Part shown: in pieces, positions 1-10,639 of the stretch
Layout of the letters: each line of letters begins with the position of its first letter
How positions within the stretch are numbered: position 1 is the stretch's first letter
From: an uncultured bacterium
GTDB lineage: Bacteria > Chloroflexota > UBA5177 > JANWHV01
NCBI GenBank assembly: GCA_963827235.1
Contig: CAWHAE010000017.1
Location: forward strand, 128,001-192,000
DNA: 64,000 nucleotides
Reading direction: 5' to 3'
The notes under the pieces: model-generated
What the model was told of the DNA's origin: nothing
What the model saw: only the letters and a program-made list of their open reading frames with translations
Database searches by the model: none
Translations under genes and position numbers: made by a program

Positions 1-4
1 CTTC

Positions 5-562
5 GTGCACCATACGCTCTACATCCCTTTCAGTGCTATCTCAACGATCGACAAGCGAGAGCTCACGCTCAGTCAGTCGAAAGATGACCTGCTGGCCGCC
101 TACAGCAGTCCGCCTGCACGCACCGCGACGATGATCGAGGGCCCGGAGATAGCAGGCAAGCGCGCGCTCGGGCATGTCACCGTAACCACGGTCCCCAGTG
201 GCTACACCGGCGAGCCGGTGCAGGTCGATCGGTCCAACCTCGATGAGATCAAGCGCCAAATCGCCGTAGGGATGCGCGTTTTCGATGTCCACGGCGACAA
301 GGTGGGCGTACTCGATGCCTACAATGCGGCGCACGACTACCTCGAGCTCAGCAGGAGTCAGTTTCTGCCCCTCGACCTCTTTGTGCCCCTGGCGCTCGTT
401 GATGGCGTGGACTTGGTTGCGTGCGACGTGCACCTCGCGGTCACAAAGGAGCATCTCAGCCGGGTATGCGTCGTGAGGCCGGACGACAGCTCGTCTTCCA
501 GCACAATCGAGGGTCGGGAGAATCTACGCGAGTCAGGCGATCAGCGCAGCGCGATAGTGTGA
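5..562 (+). CDS. PRC-barrel/DUF2171-like repeat protein, probably 5'-truncated by the window edge
   Basis: Frame is open from the window start. Contains GMRVFDVHGDKVG and two similar segments, LYIPFSAISTID and LFVPLALVDGVD. Confidence 0.6.
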   Translation: MHHTLYIPFSAISTIDKRELTLSQSKDDLLAAYSSPPARTATMIEGPEIAGKRALGHVTVTTVPSGYTGEPVQVDRSNLDEIKRQIAVGMRVFDVHGDKVGVLDAYNAAHDYLELSRSQFLPLDLFVPLALVDGVDLVACDVHLAVTKEHLSRVCVVRPDDSSSSSTIEGRENLRESGDQRSAIV

Positions 563-2694
563 TCCTCGGCGCTTTGCCGCAGCGGTAAGCGCAGCGTCAC
601 AGTCGTTCCTACTCCCTCGGTGCTCTCGATGGTGACGGTGCCGCCATGCTCCCGGATCATGTGGCGCACTCCCGCGAGCCCGATGCCGGTGCCAGGAATC
701 GAGGCAGCCACGTTGCTCGCACGATAGTACTGCTCGCCGATGTGCGACATATCCGTGGGTGGGATGCCGAGCCCACTGTCGGAGACCTGAATGCTCAGCC
801 ACCGGCCATCCGGTCCCACCGCTCGCGCCACTGAGACCACCACCGGCCCTCCCTCTGGACTGTACTTGATGGCATTGACCACGAGGTTCGCCACGGCGCG
901 CTCCATGCGCCGCATGTCAACCAGGGCCACAATCTCCTGGTCCGCGCTCCGCAACACCAGCGTGTGCCTGTCCGTCGCAGGCTGATGTTCCGCGAGCACC
1001 CCCCGCAGCAGGCCGACAATGTCCGTCGATTCAAGTTTCAGCGCCAATGGGCCGCCGCTGGTCGCCCGTGCGTAGTCGAGCAGTTCGTCGATCTGCGCAT
1101 TCATGCGCTGGGCGCCGGCCTCGATGGTCTTCAGGCCGTGCAGAAAACGCTCGCGGTGCTGGGACTCGAGTTGCTCGGCACGCAGCTGGAGGATCTGACT
1201 CATGCCGGAAATGCTCGTCAACGGATTCCTGAGGTCGTGTGTTACCGTCGACAGCATTCGATCACGCTGCTGCTCCAGGTTCTTCAGCACCGAGGTGTCC
1301 TGGAACACGCCGACGGCGCCGCTGATTGCGCCGCTCGCGTCGCGTAGCGGCGCGCTGCTGGCCAGCACGGGTAGGCCCCGATTGGTCCTGGCGTTGCGCA
1401 GCAAGAGCTGCTGATCGCGTACGTCTTCACCAAATCGCAGTGACCGCAGTGCCGGCACATCGTCGGCGAGGCAAGGGCTGCCGTCCAGCCGGAAGATGCT
1501 GCCGGCAACGTCGACCTCTTCCTCGCCCACCATAGCCGCGGTGGTCTCGGCACCGACAAGGGCCTGTGCGGCGCCGTTGATCGCGGTGATGCGTGCGTCG
1601 GCGTCGAAGATGACAACGCCCACCGGCAGCATCGCCACGATCCGGTTGAGACGGTCACGCTCCGCAGCCAAGTCATCGCTGCGCTGCCGTTCCTCTCCAA
1701 AGAGGCGGGCATTCTCGATGGCCAGTCCAATGCGGTCCGCCACCAACTGCAGGACGGCGACATCCTCGGCGGTAAAGTGCCTCGGATCCGGCGTAGCTGC
1801 CTGCAGCACACCAAGCAGATGATCCTGAACTATGACGGGTACACCTGCGAGCGAGGCGGTCGGTTCTCGGAGCAGTGCGCCGGCGCAGTCGGCGGCACCG
1901 GGATCGTTCACGATGAGTGGCTGCCGTGACGACGCGACGCGTCCGGCAAGTCCCTGCCCAACCGGTAGCAAGATCTCAGCAGCCTGGTCATCCCGGCCGC
2001 CATGCGACAGGTACACCAGCAGGGACTGGCCGTCTTCACTGAGCAACAGCAGCTCGGCAGTGCCCACGGAGAGGGCCTCGGCCATGCGAGCCAGCAGGTG
2101 CTGCAACAGCTCTTGGGTCGGCAGGTGGGCAAAGGACGCATCCGTCACCGCCTGCACCGTTTGCAGTCTGCGGAGCGCCGCCTCGCTCTGCGCATGTGCC
2201 TGCTTTTCGGCGGCGAGCAGGCGATCGCGATCAGCCTGCTCAGCAATCAATCGCCGTCGCCGCGCCTCGCTGACGCTGCTGAGCAGGCTGATTGCCATAC
2301 CAAAGGCCAGCAAGAGCGCGAAGCTTGCAAGGTGCCAGAGGCCATCCGGCAGGCTGTAGGGTAGTGCTGCAACTCGTGGGGGCTCGGCGACGGAGCTCAG
2401 CACCAGCGCATTAGCTGCTGCAGCCAGGGTGGCGGGCCCAAGGCCCCACGTCACGGCCACATACAGTATGGCCAGGATTCCCAGCAGCCCATGATAACTG
2501 AAGCTGGGCAACGTGCGCTCGAGCACGAAGGTAGCTCCGGCAGCCAACGCAACCGGTGCAGCTGCCACGACATAGGTGGCGACTGGACCGCAGAGGGCGG
2601 CAGGCTGCCAGACGGGAGTCCACGTGTTGGCGGACAGCCATGCTCGTACACGCACCGGTGACCGTACTTCAGGCTGTGCAGACAGGCTTCTCAT
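541..2694 (-). CDS. Membrane sensor histidine kinase (TM/DUF4118-like, GAF, PAS, HisKA, HATPase_c)
   Basis: H-box THDLRNPLTSI, N-box NLVVNAIKYS, G boxes DSGLGI and GTGIGLA; GAF segment GLAGRVA...IGLAIENARL. Start uncertain (ORF open to 2826). Confidence 0.9.
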   Translation of the reverse strand: MRSLSAQPEVRSPVRVRAWLSANTWTPVWQPAALCGPVATYVVAAAPVALAAGATFVLERTLPSFSYHGLLGILAILYVAVTWGLGPATLAAAANALVLSSVAEPPRVAALPYSLPDGLWHLASFALLLAFGMAISLLSSVSEARRRRLIAEQADRDRLLAAEKQAHAQSEAALRRLQTVQAVTDASFAHLPTQELLQHLLARMAEALSVGTAELLLLSEDGQSLLVYLSHGGRDDQAAEILLPVGQGLAGRVASSRQPLIVNDPGAADCAGALLREPTASLAGVPVIVQDHLLGVLQAATPDPRHFTAEDVAVLQLVADRIGLAIENARLFGEERQRSDDLAAERDRLNRIVAMLPVGVVIFDADARITAINGAAQALVGAETTAAMVGEEEVDVAGSIFRLDGSPCLADDVPALRSLRFGEDVRDQQLLLRNARTNRGLPVLASSAPLRDASGAISGAVGVFQDTSVLKNLEQQRDRMLSTVTHDLRNPLTSISGMSQILQLRAEQLESQHRERFLHGLKTIEAGAQRMNAQIDELLDYARATSGGPLALKLESTDIVGLLRGVLAEHQPATDRHTLVLRSADQEIVALVDMRRMERAVANLVVNAIKYSPEGGPVVVSVARAVGPDGRWLSIQVSDSGLGIPPTDMSHIGEQYYRASNVAASIPGTGIGLAGVRHMIREHGGTVTIESTEGVGTTVTLRLPLRQSAEDHTIALR

Positions 2695-3050
2695 AAGTCG
2701 GTACTCTCTGAGGTGCGATACGGCCAATGAGCGGCGGTCGGCTACGGCGCATGTCTGGCGGGCAGGTGGCCCGTGGCTTCCGGCGACTCCAACACCCGTC
2801 ATCGCGGGTCCCAGATCACGCGTCACCTGCTGAGTCTGGAGGCTTTCAGCGAGTGTGCGTGGCGCGGTTCAAGGAGTCAGGATGCGAAGTGCCGCAGGAA
2901 CGGGTCGACCTGTATCGGGTGGCGAGTTAACAATGGCAGCATACCGTTATCCCGCTTTTCCGCCAATATTAGCATAATAGCGTGAGCTTTATTAGCCTAT
3001 TCGAGGCTTGAAGTCGTGTTGCGCGCTTCCCAATCGGCAAGGCGCCGGTG

Positions 3051-3674
3051 CTAGAGGGTGGAGTGATCGTCGTCGCGCAACGCCTGCTGGAGCGCGTCCT
3101 GGTGGTGCACGATCGGATCGTCATCTCGCTGCTCGACGGTGACCTGGATCTTGCCCTCCAGTGCTTTGAGCGAACGGAGCAGGGTGATCATCAGATCGTC
3201 CTGCGCCTCAAGGTGGTGCAAGATAGCACGGTTCTCCTCCTCGGAGCGCTGGCCCACGACATAGCCGTTGTGCGCGGCCAGCCGATCCTTCTCCGCCTGC
3301 CGATTGGCACTCATGAGCAGGACGGGAGCGGCATAGGCGGCCTGAAAGGATAGAACCAGATTCAGGAGGATGAACGGGTAGGGGTCGAACGGCTTGAAAA
3401 CGACCTCTGCGACGTTGACCGCGATCCAGGCCGCGAGCACGCAGCTCTGGATGATCAGGAACCGCCAACTCCCCAACCGCCGAGCCACCGCGTCGGCAGC
3501 GCGCTGCCCAACGGTCATGCGGGCCTCGAAGAGCGCGTTCACGTTGAGGGCATCGTGGCCAACATGGCTCATTGGGGCAGGGAACCGCCGACTCAGCGAG
3601 GCGATGCTGGGAATTGAGTCCGCGGGAACGTCCGGTAGAGGAGCCTCCTCGCGGGCAAGCGTCGGCGTCGACAT
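3051..3674 (-). CDS. DUF1003 family membrane protein
   Basis: Signature FDPYPFILLNLVLSFQAAYAAPVLLMSANRQ; GGAGG RBS. Confidence 0.9.
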   Translation of the reverse strand: MSTPTLAREEAPLPDVPADSIPSIASLSRRFPAPMSHVGHDALNVNALFEARMTVGQRAADAVARRLGSWRFLIIQSCVLAAWIAVNVAEVVFKPFDPYPFILLNLVLSFQAAYAAPVLLMSANRQAEKDRLAAHNGYVVGQRSEEENRAILHHLEAQDDLMITLLRSLKALEGKIQVTVEQRDDDPIVHHQDALQQALRDDDHSTL

Positions 3675-3773
3675 CCTGGACCTCCAAATGCGCGTGCGGT
3701 CTCCTTCAGCCCGCCCCGATCCCGTCGCGGCGCCCGGCTGCGCCGATGTTCGCCGGCAGAGGCCGCGTGCACG

Positions 3774-4193
3774 CTAACGGTTGTAGTACGGGTAGGTCGG
3801 GTAGCGGTACCCATCTTCCCAATACGGCATAAAGCTGTAGTAGCCATAGACATGGCCCCAGTAGTGCTTTTGCCGCTCGTCGACAAGCGCCGGATCGTAG
3901 CGCGGGGCTCCGCGGAGATGGTCGCCCCCGCGATCGATGGTGACCTCGCCGGCAGTAATGCTGGTGATCGCATCGACGGGAATCATCACGTGCGTGGCGC
4001 CGAGTCCAAGAAACCCGCCGCACTCGACGCAGAGGAACCGCACTTTGTTCTTGGCGTCATCGACCATCAAGCCGTCGATGGTGCCGACGCTGTTGCCCTC
4101 GTTATCCTGGACCTTCCGGCCCCGAACGTCCTCGTCGGCGTTAGCGACCGTCTCGCCGGCGTCATGTATTCTGCGCAGTGTCGAAGCCGACAT
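3774..4193 (-). CDS. PRC-barrel domain protein
   Basis: DVRGRKVQDNEGNSVGTIDGLMVD and GGFLGLG...IPVDAI; AGGAGG RBS upstream of ATG 4193. Confidence 0.85.
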   Translation of the reverse strand: MSASTLRRIHDAGETVANADEDVRGRKVQDNEGNSVGTIDGLMVDDAKNKVRFLCVECGGFLGLGATHVMIPVDAITSITAGEVTIDRGGDHLRGAPRYDPALVDERQKHYWGHVYGYYSFMPYWEDGYRYPTYPYYNR

Positions 4194-4477
4194 CAACATC
4201 CTCCTACTCGTATCTTGTGCCCCGAGGGCACGTCCATTCCAACTGACCGACAGCAATCGCGGCTAATGCCGGGAAGGCTCCCCCCTAGCATGGGCGCCCT
4301 ACGACCCAAAGTCAATGATTTCTGAAATATCCTCTAGCTATTGCCCGGAATTAGCGCAACTAAAGCGTGTTATGTCGTGATGATGCTGATCCTAAGTTCA
4401 ATCATGCGGCTGCCGACCTGGAATGCCAGGTTGTCACCAGGTCATCCCAACTGCCCGGACGGCCTCCTATTCCAAGG

Positions 4478-5539
4478 TCACTGGGCGCCATCATCCGTGT
4501 TCGTGTCGGTTCGCACGTGCGTGGCGCCGTCGCGTTGATCGACATCCGCACCCTCAGCTGTGGGCACCACCTTGTGGGAATCACGTGCGATGCCGGAGAA
4601 GACCAAGAATCGGTGATGGTGATGGCGCCTGGGAGCAACCGGCAGCACGCAGTCGACGTTTGCCGCGGCATGCTCCATCAAGATGCGGGTGATGTCGTAT
4701 TTCCACGGGCCAATGCCCATGCTGAGCGCGTTGATCTGAGCGCCAAGCAGCAAGATCAGCGAGAAGAACCAGAACCAGGTGATGGTGATGATGGCGGTCG
4801 CAATTGCCGCTGTGCTGTACTCTCGCGTGCCGATGAAGTGCGCCGTGTAGACGGGAAAGGCAGTGTTGACGACGGTCATGGCCACGGCGCCGAACAGCGC
4901 GCCGCGCCAGGTGGAACGCCAGGCTACAGGCCTGTTTGGCACTACCGTGTAGATCGCGGCGAAGAGCACAAAGAGAGCCAGCAGCGCCGTCGCGAAGCCA
5001 AGAGCCGCGGTTAGCGGGCCACTCAGAGCGCCCGGGAGGATCTTGCCGAGCGAGGTTGTGCCGGCGCCCAACACGAGCGAGGCGACGAACGAGAGCGGCA
5101 GTAGTACGGCGAACAGCAGGATCATGACCAATGACATGACCTTCTGCGGCACGATGTCACGTGTCTTGACGCGGAAGATGAAGGCAAAGGCGCTCTCGAT
5201 AGAGCTGAAGAGGTTCATGCCGCCCCAGAGGCAGCCGACGATGCTCACCAGCGTGAGCAGCTTGCTGGCGCTGTGGATCGAGGTCAACAGGTGCGCTACG
5301 TTCGCGTCCTTACCAAGGTTGGCCGGCAGGATGCGGTCAATCTGCGCGGCGAGTTGCGGCACGTTGTTCGACACCGCGGGAAGCACGGCGACCAGCGTGA
5401 TCAGTGCCAGGATCAGCGGCACGACCGACGTCATGACGTTGAAGGACACCATCGCGACCAGATTCATGCTGGTGTCGTTGTTGAACTTGTTGAACAGCGA
5501 CAGGCCGTAGTTCTTGGCCCGGCGACGCACGGAAGACAA
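4478..5539 (-). CDS. YihY/virulence factor BrkB family membrane protein
   Basis: About six TM segments, YTVVPN...W...GA motif, C-terminal LLGAQIN. Confidence 0.85.
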   Translation of the reverse strand: MSSVRRRAKNYGLSLFNKFNNDTSMNLVAMVSFNVMTSVVPLILALITLVAVLPAVSNNVPQLAAQIDRILPANLGKDANVAHLLTSIHSASKLLTLVSIVGCLWGGMNLFSSIESAFAFIFRVKTRDIVPQKVMSLVMILLFAVLLPLSFVASLVLGAGTTSLGKILPGALSGPLTAALGFATALLALFVLFAAIYTVVPNRPVAWRSTWRGALFGAVAMTVVNTAFPVYTAHFIGTREYSTAAIATAIITITWFWFFSLILLLGAQINALSMGIGPWKYDITRILMEHAAANVDCVLPVAPRRHHHHRFLVFSGIARDSHKVVPTAEGADVDQRDGATHVRTDTNTDDGAQ

Positions 5540-5542
5540 GCC

Positions 5543-5785
5543 TCAGTAGGTGGCCACGACGGGGCCATCGGCGCATGCATTCGTGGCGATCCGGCGCAGA
5601 GGCTCTTCGAGCACGCGGCCGCGAATGGCCACGCTGTCGTTGGCAATCGTGGGCGCGCCAAAGCTCTCGTCGAGCGGCACGATACGGCCCGTCCGACCCA
5701 GGGTCACGTTCACCGCGCCCTCGAGCGCGTCGGTACCGCGCTCGAGGGCGCGCAGCGCATCATCAAAGAGCGGTTGCTTAGCCAT
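5543..5785 (-). CDS. Small ORF resembling the N-terminus of App1/DUF2183-type proteins (possible fragment)
   Basis: GGAGGA RBS; contains IRGRVLEEP; in frame with the downstream YihY ORF across one TGA. Confidence 0.4.
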   Translation of the reverse strand: MAKQPLFDDALRALERGTDALEGAVNVTLGRTGRIVPLDESFGAPTIANDSVAIRGRVLEEPLRRIATNACADGPVVATY

Positions 5786-5883
5786 AGGTATGTCCTCCTA
5801 CTAGAGCGGCACGGGCATGCCGACCGTTTGCCTTCCTGCCTCAGTGCAGCAACCCGCCTCAGACTACGGCCAGAATGTCTTTC

Positions 5884-6327
5884 TCAGACCGTGTTCTCGC
5901 GAGAGAATGCGCTGCCGCCGAGTGCCAGCAGTACCGCGCACACCATTCCCACCCACGCACCATCTGCGGAACCCGTATGATAGCTCGGACCATAGCCGGC
6001 TCCTTCGGTCACCATGAAGACGATCGTACAGGCCGCGGCGGCGATGCCGAATACAACCATCAGCCTTGCTTCACGCGGCGCCCAGACCTGCCACGGCTGA
6101 ACGAGGTGCCGGAGACCTGCCAGCGCTGCACCGGCGAACATGAGGCCCGCCGGAATGCCCCAACCGTGCCATGCATTGAAGTACATCGTATTGCCACCGT
6201 GCGGCGTGATGGCGTACCAGTGCAAGAAACTGGAGGCAAAGCCCACCGCGCCGGAGAGGATCAGCTGTATGCCGCTGTTCAGGCGGCCCAGCGCCTCGGG
6301 TAGCTGCGCGCGCCGCATGTCCATCAC
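5884..6327 (-). CDS. Small four-TM membrane protein
   Basis: Hydrophobic helices; start overlaps the stop of the upstream gene. Confidence 0.65.
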   Translation of the reverse strand: MMDMRRAQLPEALGRLNSGIQLILSGAVGFASSFLHWYAITPHGGNTMYFNAWHGWGIPAGLMFAGAALAGLRHLVQPWQVWAPREARLMVVFGIAAAACTIVFMVTEGAGYGPSYHTGSADGAWVGMVCAVLLALGGSAFSRENTV

Positions 6328-6716
6328 CGCCCAGGCGATGGCGCGTGAGCGAAGTACAGCGCGGCGACTGTACCCGACATCGTGGACACGGTCAGCGTAG
6401 CGCCCGCAGATCGCCAGGCATCCGCAAAGCGCACGTGGGTCGCCTTTGCGAGCGTGTGCATGGTGGCGTTCCCAGAAGCGTTTTCCAGAACAATCGTGAT
6501 CCGGTCCACGCCGTAATCTTCGTCCGCGGCGATCATGCGGAAACGTTGGTACGTGGCCACCACGGGGTCACGCGATTCTGCGTGAGTCAGCTCGAACGTC
6601 GCCTGCTCTCCTCGGTGCTCTTGACTGAGGTGCTCGAAGAACCTGGGCCACTGCGCGCGAGGAATCCCTTGTCCGGTCTGGAGAGGCTCGACAGCCTCTG
6701 CCTGCTGCTGCAACAT
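6324..6716 (-). CDS. DUF5335-like protein
   Basis: IPRAQWPRFFEHLSQEHRG motif; AAGGAGG RBS. Confidence 0.65.
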   Translation of the reverse strand: MLQQQAEAVEPLQTGQGIPRAQWPRFFEHLSQEHRGEQATFELTHAESRDPVVATYQRFRMIAADEDYGVDRITIVLENASGNATMHTLAKATHVRFADAWRSAGATLTVSTMSGTVAALYFAHAPSPGR

Positions 6717-7345
6717 GTGCGGCCTCCTTGAGACTGTAAGGCGTCCGGCCTGGCATGGCTCGCGTCCCGCTCACAGAGCCGTACCGCGTTGCCCTTCACG
6801 CTTCTTCAGCGCGCCATCGCGAGCGCCGGAGCCGGTGTCTCTAGTATGGTCGGGTGCAATCAATGTGTCAAGCAATAGAAACAGTATACTCTAGCTATAG
6901 AGCTTGTCTTTCGGCATTCTGGGGCGATTAGACATGAAGCTCATATGGATAATGTCACCGAAGTGCTTTCAGAGCCCGTTGCCGCCGATGCCCGTCGCCA
7001 TGCGCGTTGGAGGAGGGTAGATCACACTACGGCCGTGGATTCCAGCATGGCCGCGAAGTGACCATGGAGGGCCACAGTATGCATGAGCTCAAGCAGGTAA
7101 CGTCGAGCACGGTCATCGACATTGCAGCGATGAGCAACAGTGCCAGCCGCCACGGCTTGACGGGGCGGGCGGCTGCTCGCGTGCGCAGTTGACCGCGCAG
7201 GCGAGAGGCGAGATGCTCAATCATGACTGAACACTCCGATGCGATCGGATCGTGCATGCTCTCCGAGCGAGGTTTGCTCCAGGCAGGGATGTATCACTCG
7301 TGCCCGGCGGGCCGAGGGCCCGAGGGCCGCTGAAGGGGATGCGAG

Positions 7346-7951
7346 ATGGTTATGAACAGCCCAACCGAAATGCTCGAAGCGGAGCATCGGGTGATTGCCA
7401 AGGTCATCGGAGCCGTGCCCGTATTGGCTGACCGGCTCGATGCGGGCCAGGCGGTGGACGTGGATCTGCTGCATGACATCGTTGACTTCATGCGTGTCTA
7501 CGCCGATCAGTGTCATCACGGCAAGGAAGAAGCACTGCTTTTCCCTGCCCTGGGCAAGAAAGGTGTGCCTCTTCAAGGCTGCCCGGTGGGGGCATTGATG
7601 GCGGAGCATGCGCGGGGCAGGGCACTCGTCAAGGAACTGGCGGAGGCGGCCGATGCGCACCACAAAGGGGATCTTGGCGGCAATGAGAGAGCCATTGGCG
7701 CGCTGCGGAGCATCGCGGCGCCCTATCCCAATCATATATGGAAGGAAGATTACTTGCTCTTTCCAATGACCGACAAGGTCCTGAGTACAGAAGAACAGCA
7801 ACTTCTCTCCGGTGAATTCGAGAAAGTAGAAGAATCTATCGGGCTGGACCAGCATCAACGTCTAGAAGCGTTTGCCGAGCACCTGGCAGAGATCACTTCG
7901 ACGGACGATGGGGAACTCGATGCTCACACATCCGTGTCTTCGCCCCTGTAG
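7346..7951 (+). CDS. Hemerythrin/HHE cation-binding domain protein
   Basis: EHRVI, HHGKEEALLFP, EHARGR and HIWKEDYLLFP motifs. Confidence 0.9.
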   Translation: MVMNSPTEMLEAEHRVIAKVIGAVPVLADRLDAGQAVDVDLLHDIVDFMRVYADQCHHGKEEALLFPALGKKGVPLQGCPVGALMAEHARGRALVKELAEAADAHHKGDLGGNERAIGALRSIAAPYPNHIWKEDYLLFPMTDKVLSTEEQQLLSGEFEKVEESIGLDQHQRLEAFAEHLAEITSTDDGELDAHTSVSSPL

Positions 7952-8072
7952 GCACCCACCGTGTGATATTGAGGTCGAGCTGATCACGAGGCTGACTGGA
8001 AAGCAGGCGCCCTCCGGCGCCGAGTCGATCTCACGCTGGGCTAGAAATTGATCAGTGTGGCACGGCCTGCTT

Positions 8073-8357
8073 CTACTCAGGATGACCGGTGGCGGCGCGA
8101 AGCCGGCGCCGCGTGGTTGGCCTGGGCACCGGTACCCAGCCGATGAGAATCCACCTGGTCGAGTCTGCCGTGTCCGGCCCAAAGATCAGCGCGAGGACCC
8201 GACGGTCCGCGTTGCGCGACACGAACGCGACAAGGAGCGCGTCGCCCACGTCCTGCTCGCCGCCCATCAGGCTCATGTCCGGATGGTTCGTCAGTACTTG
8301 GTGGAGCTCGCCTCGCGTTAATGACCCGGCCAGCTCGGGGAAAGGGCTAATCGCCAC
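8073..8357 (-). CDS. Hypothetical small protein
   Basis: GAGGAG RBS upstream of the GTG; globular-looking 94 aa. Confidence 0.5.
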   Translation of the reverse strand: MAISPFPELAGSLTRGELHQVLTNHPDMSLMGGEQDVGDALLVAFVSRNADRRVLALIFGPDTADSTRWILIGWVPVPRPTTRRRLRAATGHPE

Positions 8358-8547
8358 GTGTGCAACTCCTCACCGCTCATCGAATGCTATCGGTCTGACC
8401 TGTCCTTGGGCACTTGAGTCTTATCCGCGTCGTGGACATCCTAGAAGACGCGATCGTCCTGATGATGGAAGGTGACGGCGCTCAGTATACCGGGCACAGG
8501 AACGCCGCCGATGTGGAACCCCTTCAGCCAGGCGTACGAATCCTCCT

Positions 8548-9675
8548 TTACCTGATCGCCATTCGGGCAGCCCCGATCGACGTGTCGGCCATGCCGTAAT
8601 ACACATCAAGATAGGCGTCGTGCTGGTCGACGGCCGTGGGGAACACCACGTTGCCCACCACACCGTTCAGTTCCCCATGGACGCCAGGCACCAGCACCGG
8701 GTTGGGCGAGCGATACGTCACCGTGCGCGGATCCTGCGCGTCGAGCAAGGCCGCCGCCGCCGAGTAGCGGTACGCCGGCAGCGGACCTTGACTGGGGATG
8801 ATCTCGACGCCGTGGTAGAACATCAGCCAGCCGGCTGCCAGCCGAATTGGTGGCGTGCCGGCCCCAATTCGCGATGACTCCCAGCCCTCTCGCGGCGCCA
8901 TGAGCACCTGGTGATGGGAGAACACCGGGGGCCTGACCGGCGCCCCCAGCCGTGGATGAGCCCAATCGGCGCCCTCGAGGGGGCAGTAGGATATCCATAT
9001 CGACCAGCGAGTATCGGCGACGTTCTCAGGCGGCGGCAACGGCCGGCTGTGGTTCGCCAGATCGCCGGCCCAGTACTCGTACATGGGACGGTGGATGAGG
9101 GCGATCGACAGTCGCCCATCCGGAGCCACGACCGCCTCAGGAAAGAGCACCTGATCCTTATTGGTGTAGCGATTCATGTCGCAGCCCGCCATAGGGGCAA
9201 ACTCGATCAAGCCGAGACGGGTCCAGGACATCAAGTCGTCGGAAATCGCCATCGCGCCACGCGGACCGTCGGGGCCGAACGCAACGTAGGTCATCACGTA
9301 GGTGCTCAACGGCGCCACGTAGCTCACGCGGGCATCCTCGCAGCCGCCGCCTGTCCAGTCGTTGCACTCGTACGGCGCCGTGGGCTCCAGGGCGATGCCA
9401 AGGCGCTCGACAGCTTGGGGAACACCGGCGCTGTCGCACATGACGCGAGCCACGCCAATCCGCGAGTAGTTACCAAGCGCCACCTGGCGCGGGAACAGCA
9501 GGTAGTCCCCGCCGGAGGTGAGTACGCCCCCCGGATTCAACACCCCACCGGCTTCAAGAGGATTGCCTGGGTCGGGCTGCATGACAACGCTTTGCCGCTC
9601 CAGTTGGAACGGAAGCGGCACGGCATCATCATCGGCCCTTTGGCCCTGCTCGCCGGCAACCTGTTGTACAGCCAT
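8548..9675 (-). CDS. Glycoside hydrolase family 130 (mannoside phosphorylase/mannosidase-like)
   Basis: VLNPG, GCEDARV, NKDQVLFPE, IGAGTPP, WLMFYHGV, NVVFP and YYGMAD motifs. Confidence 0.88.
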   Translation of the reverse strand: MAVQQVAGEQGQRADDDAVPLPFQLERQSVVMQPDPGNPLEAGGVLNPGGVLTSGGDYLLFPRQVALGNYSRIGVARVMCDSAGVPQAVERLGIALEPTAPYECNDWTGGGCEDARVSYVAPLSTYVMTYVAFGPDGPRGAMAISDDLMSWTRLGLIEFAPMAGCDMNRYTNKDQVLFPEAVVAPDGRLSIALIHRPMYEYWAGDLANHSRPLPPPENVADTRWSIWISYCPLEGADWAHPRLGAPVRPPVFSHHQVLMAPREGWESSRIGAGTPPIRLAAGWLMFYHGVEIIPSQGPLPAYRYSAAAALLDAQDPRTVTYRSPNPVLVPGVHGELNGVVGNVVFPTAVDQHDAYLDVYYGMADTSIGAARMAIR

Positions 9676-9679
9676 ATCG

Positions 9680-10636
9680 CTAGCCTTTCACGCCGCTGAG
9701 GGTAACGCCCTGAATGATCTGCTTGGAGGCTGAGAGGTACAGCACCACGATAGGCAGCATGCTGACCAGGGCCATGGCCATGAACTCGGCCCAGTTGGAG
9801 CCGCTGGTGCTGCTGGCATAGCGGGAGAAGTAGCCAAGCAGGGCGATCTCGATGGTCCAGTTCTGTGGATCCTGCAGGTAGATAAACGGCGCCAGGAGAT
9901 CGTTCCAGGTGCCGATGAATTGCAGGACGATGACGGCCGCCAGCGCCGGTCGCACTGCTGGCAAAATGATCGACCAGAGCACACGAATCGGGCCCGCTCC
10001 ATCGATCTTCGCCGCCTCATCCAGATCGTAGGGAATGCCGCGGATAAACTGCCGCAGCAAGAAGATGTAGATCGGGGAGCCGAAGAACGCCGGCACGATC
10101 AGAGGCAGAAACTGGAAGGCGTTGTCATGGCCGAGGATGCTGCCGCCGCTGCCCCAGTGGAAGACGTTGATGAACTCTGCGTACTGCGGGATCATCATTA
10201 CCGCGTAGGGAATCATGGTAGTGCTGATCACCAGGCCGAACAGGAAGCCGCGCCCCGTGAAGTCGAACCGCGCGAAGCCGTAGGCCACGACCAGGCTGGA
10301 GCAGGAGACGCCGATTACGACGAGTACCGAGACGACGAAGCTGTTGATGATAAAGGTCTGGAAGGGAAACGCAAGCCCCGTCCAGGCGTTCGAGTAGTTG
10401 TCAAAGTGCCAGGACTCCGGCCAGAAGGCGATCCCGCTGGATATGTCGGCGTCGCTGCGGAAGGAATTGACCAGCATCCAGTAGAGCGGAAACAGCGAAA
10501 TGAATGAGATGACCAGGACGCATGCATAGGCGGCAATCTGGCTGCCATGGCGGTGGCCGCCGTCCGAACCGGTGCGGCGGGCGGGCGGGGCCGCGACGAT
10601 GGGGGTCGGCCGTGGTACGGCGCTCGGTGTGACCAT
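9680..10636 (-). CDS. Carbohydrate ABC transporter permease (MalG-like)
   Basis: EAA loop IPYDLDEAAKIDGA; C-terminal GVTLSGVKG. Confidence 0.92.
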   Translation of the reverse strand: MVTPSAVPRPTPIVAAPPARRTGSDGGHRHGSQIAAYACVLVISFISLFPLYWMLVNSFRSDADISSGIAFWPESWHFDNYSNAWTGLAFPFQTFIINSFVVSVLVVIGVSCSSLVVAYGFARFDFTGRGFLFGLVISTTMIPYAVMMIPQYAEFINVFHWGSGGSILGHDNAFQFLPLIVPAFFGSPIYIFLLRQFIRGIPYDLDEAAKIDGAGPIRVLWSIILPAVRPALAAVIVLQFIGTWNDLLAPFIYLQDPQNWTIEIALLGYFSRYASSTSGSNWAEFMAMALVSMLPIVVLYLSASKQIIQGVTLSGVKG

Positions 10637-10639
10637 GGG

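Noticed and set aside
7007-7257. Short ORFs between the DUF5335-like and hemerythrin genes
   Set aside because: No recognisable motifs and conflicting overlapping frames; cannot be supported.
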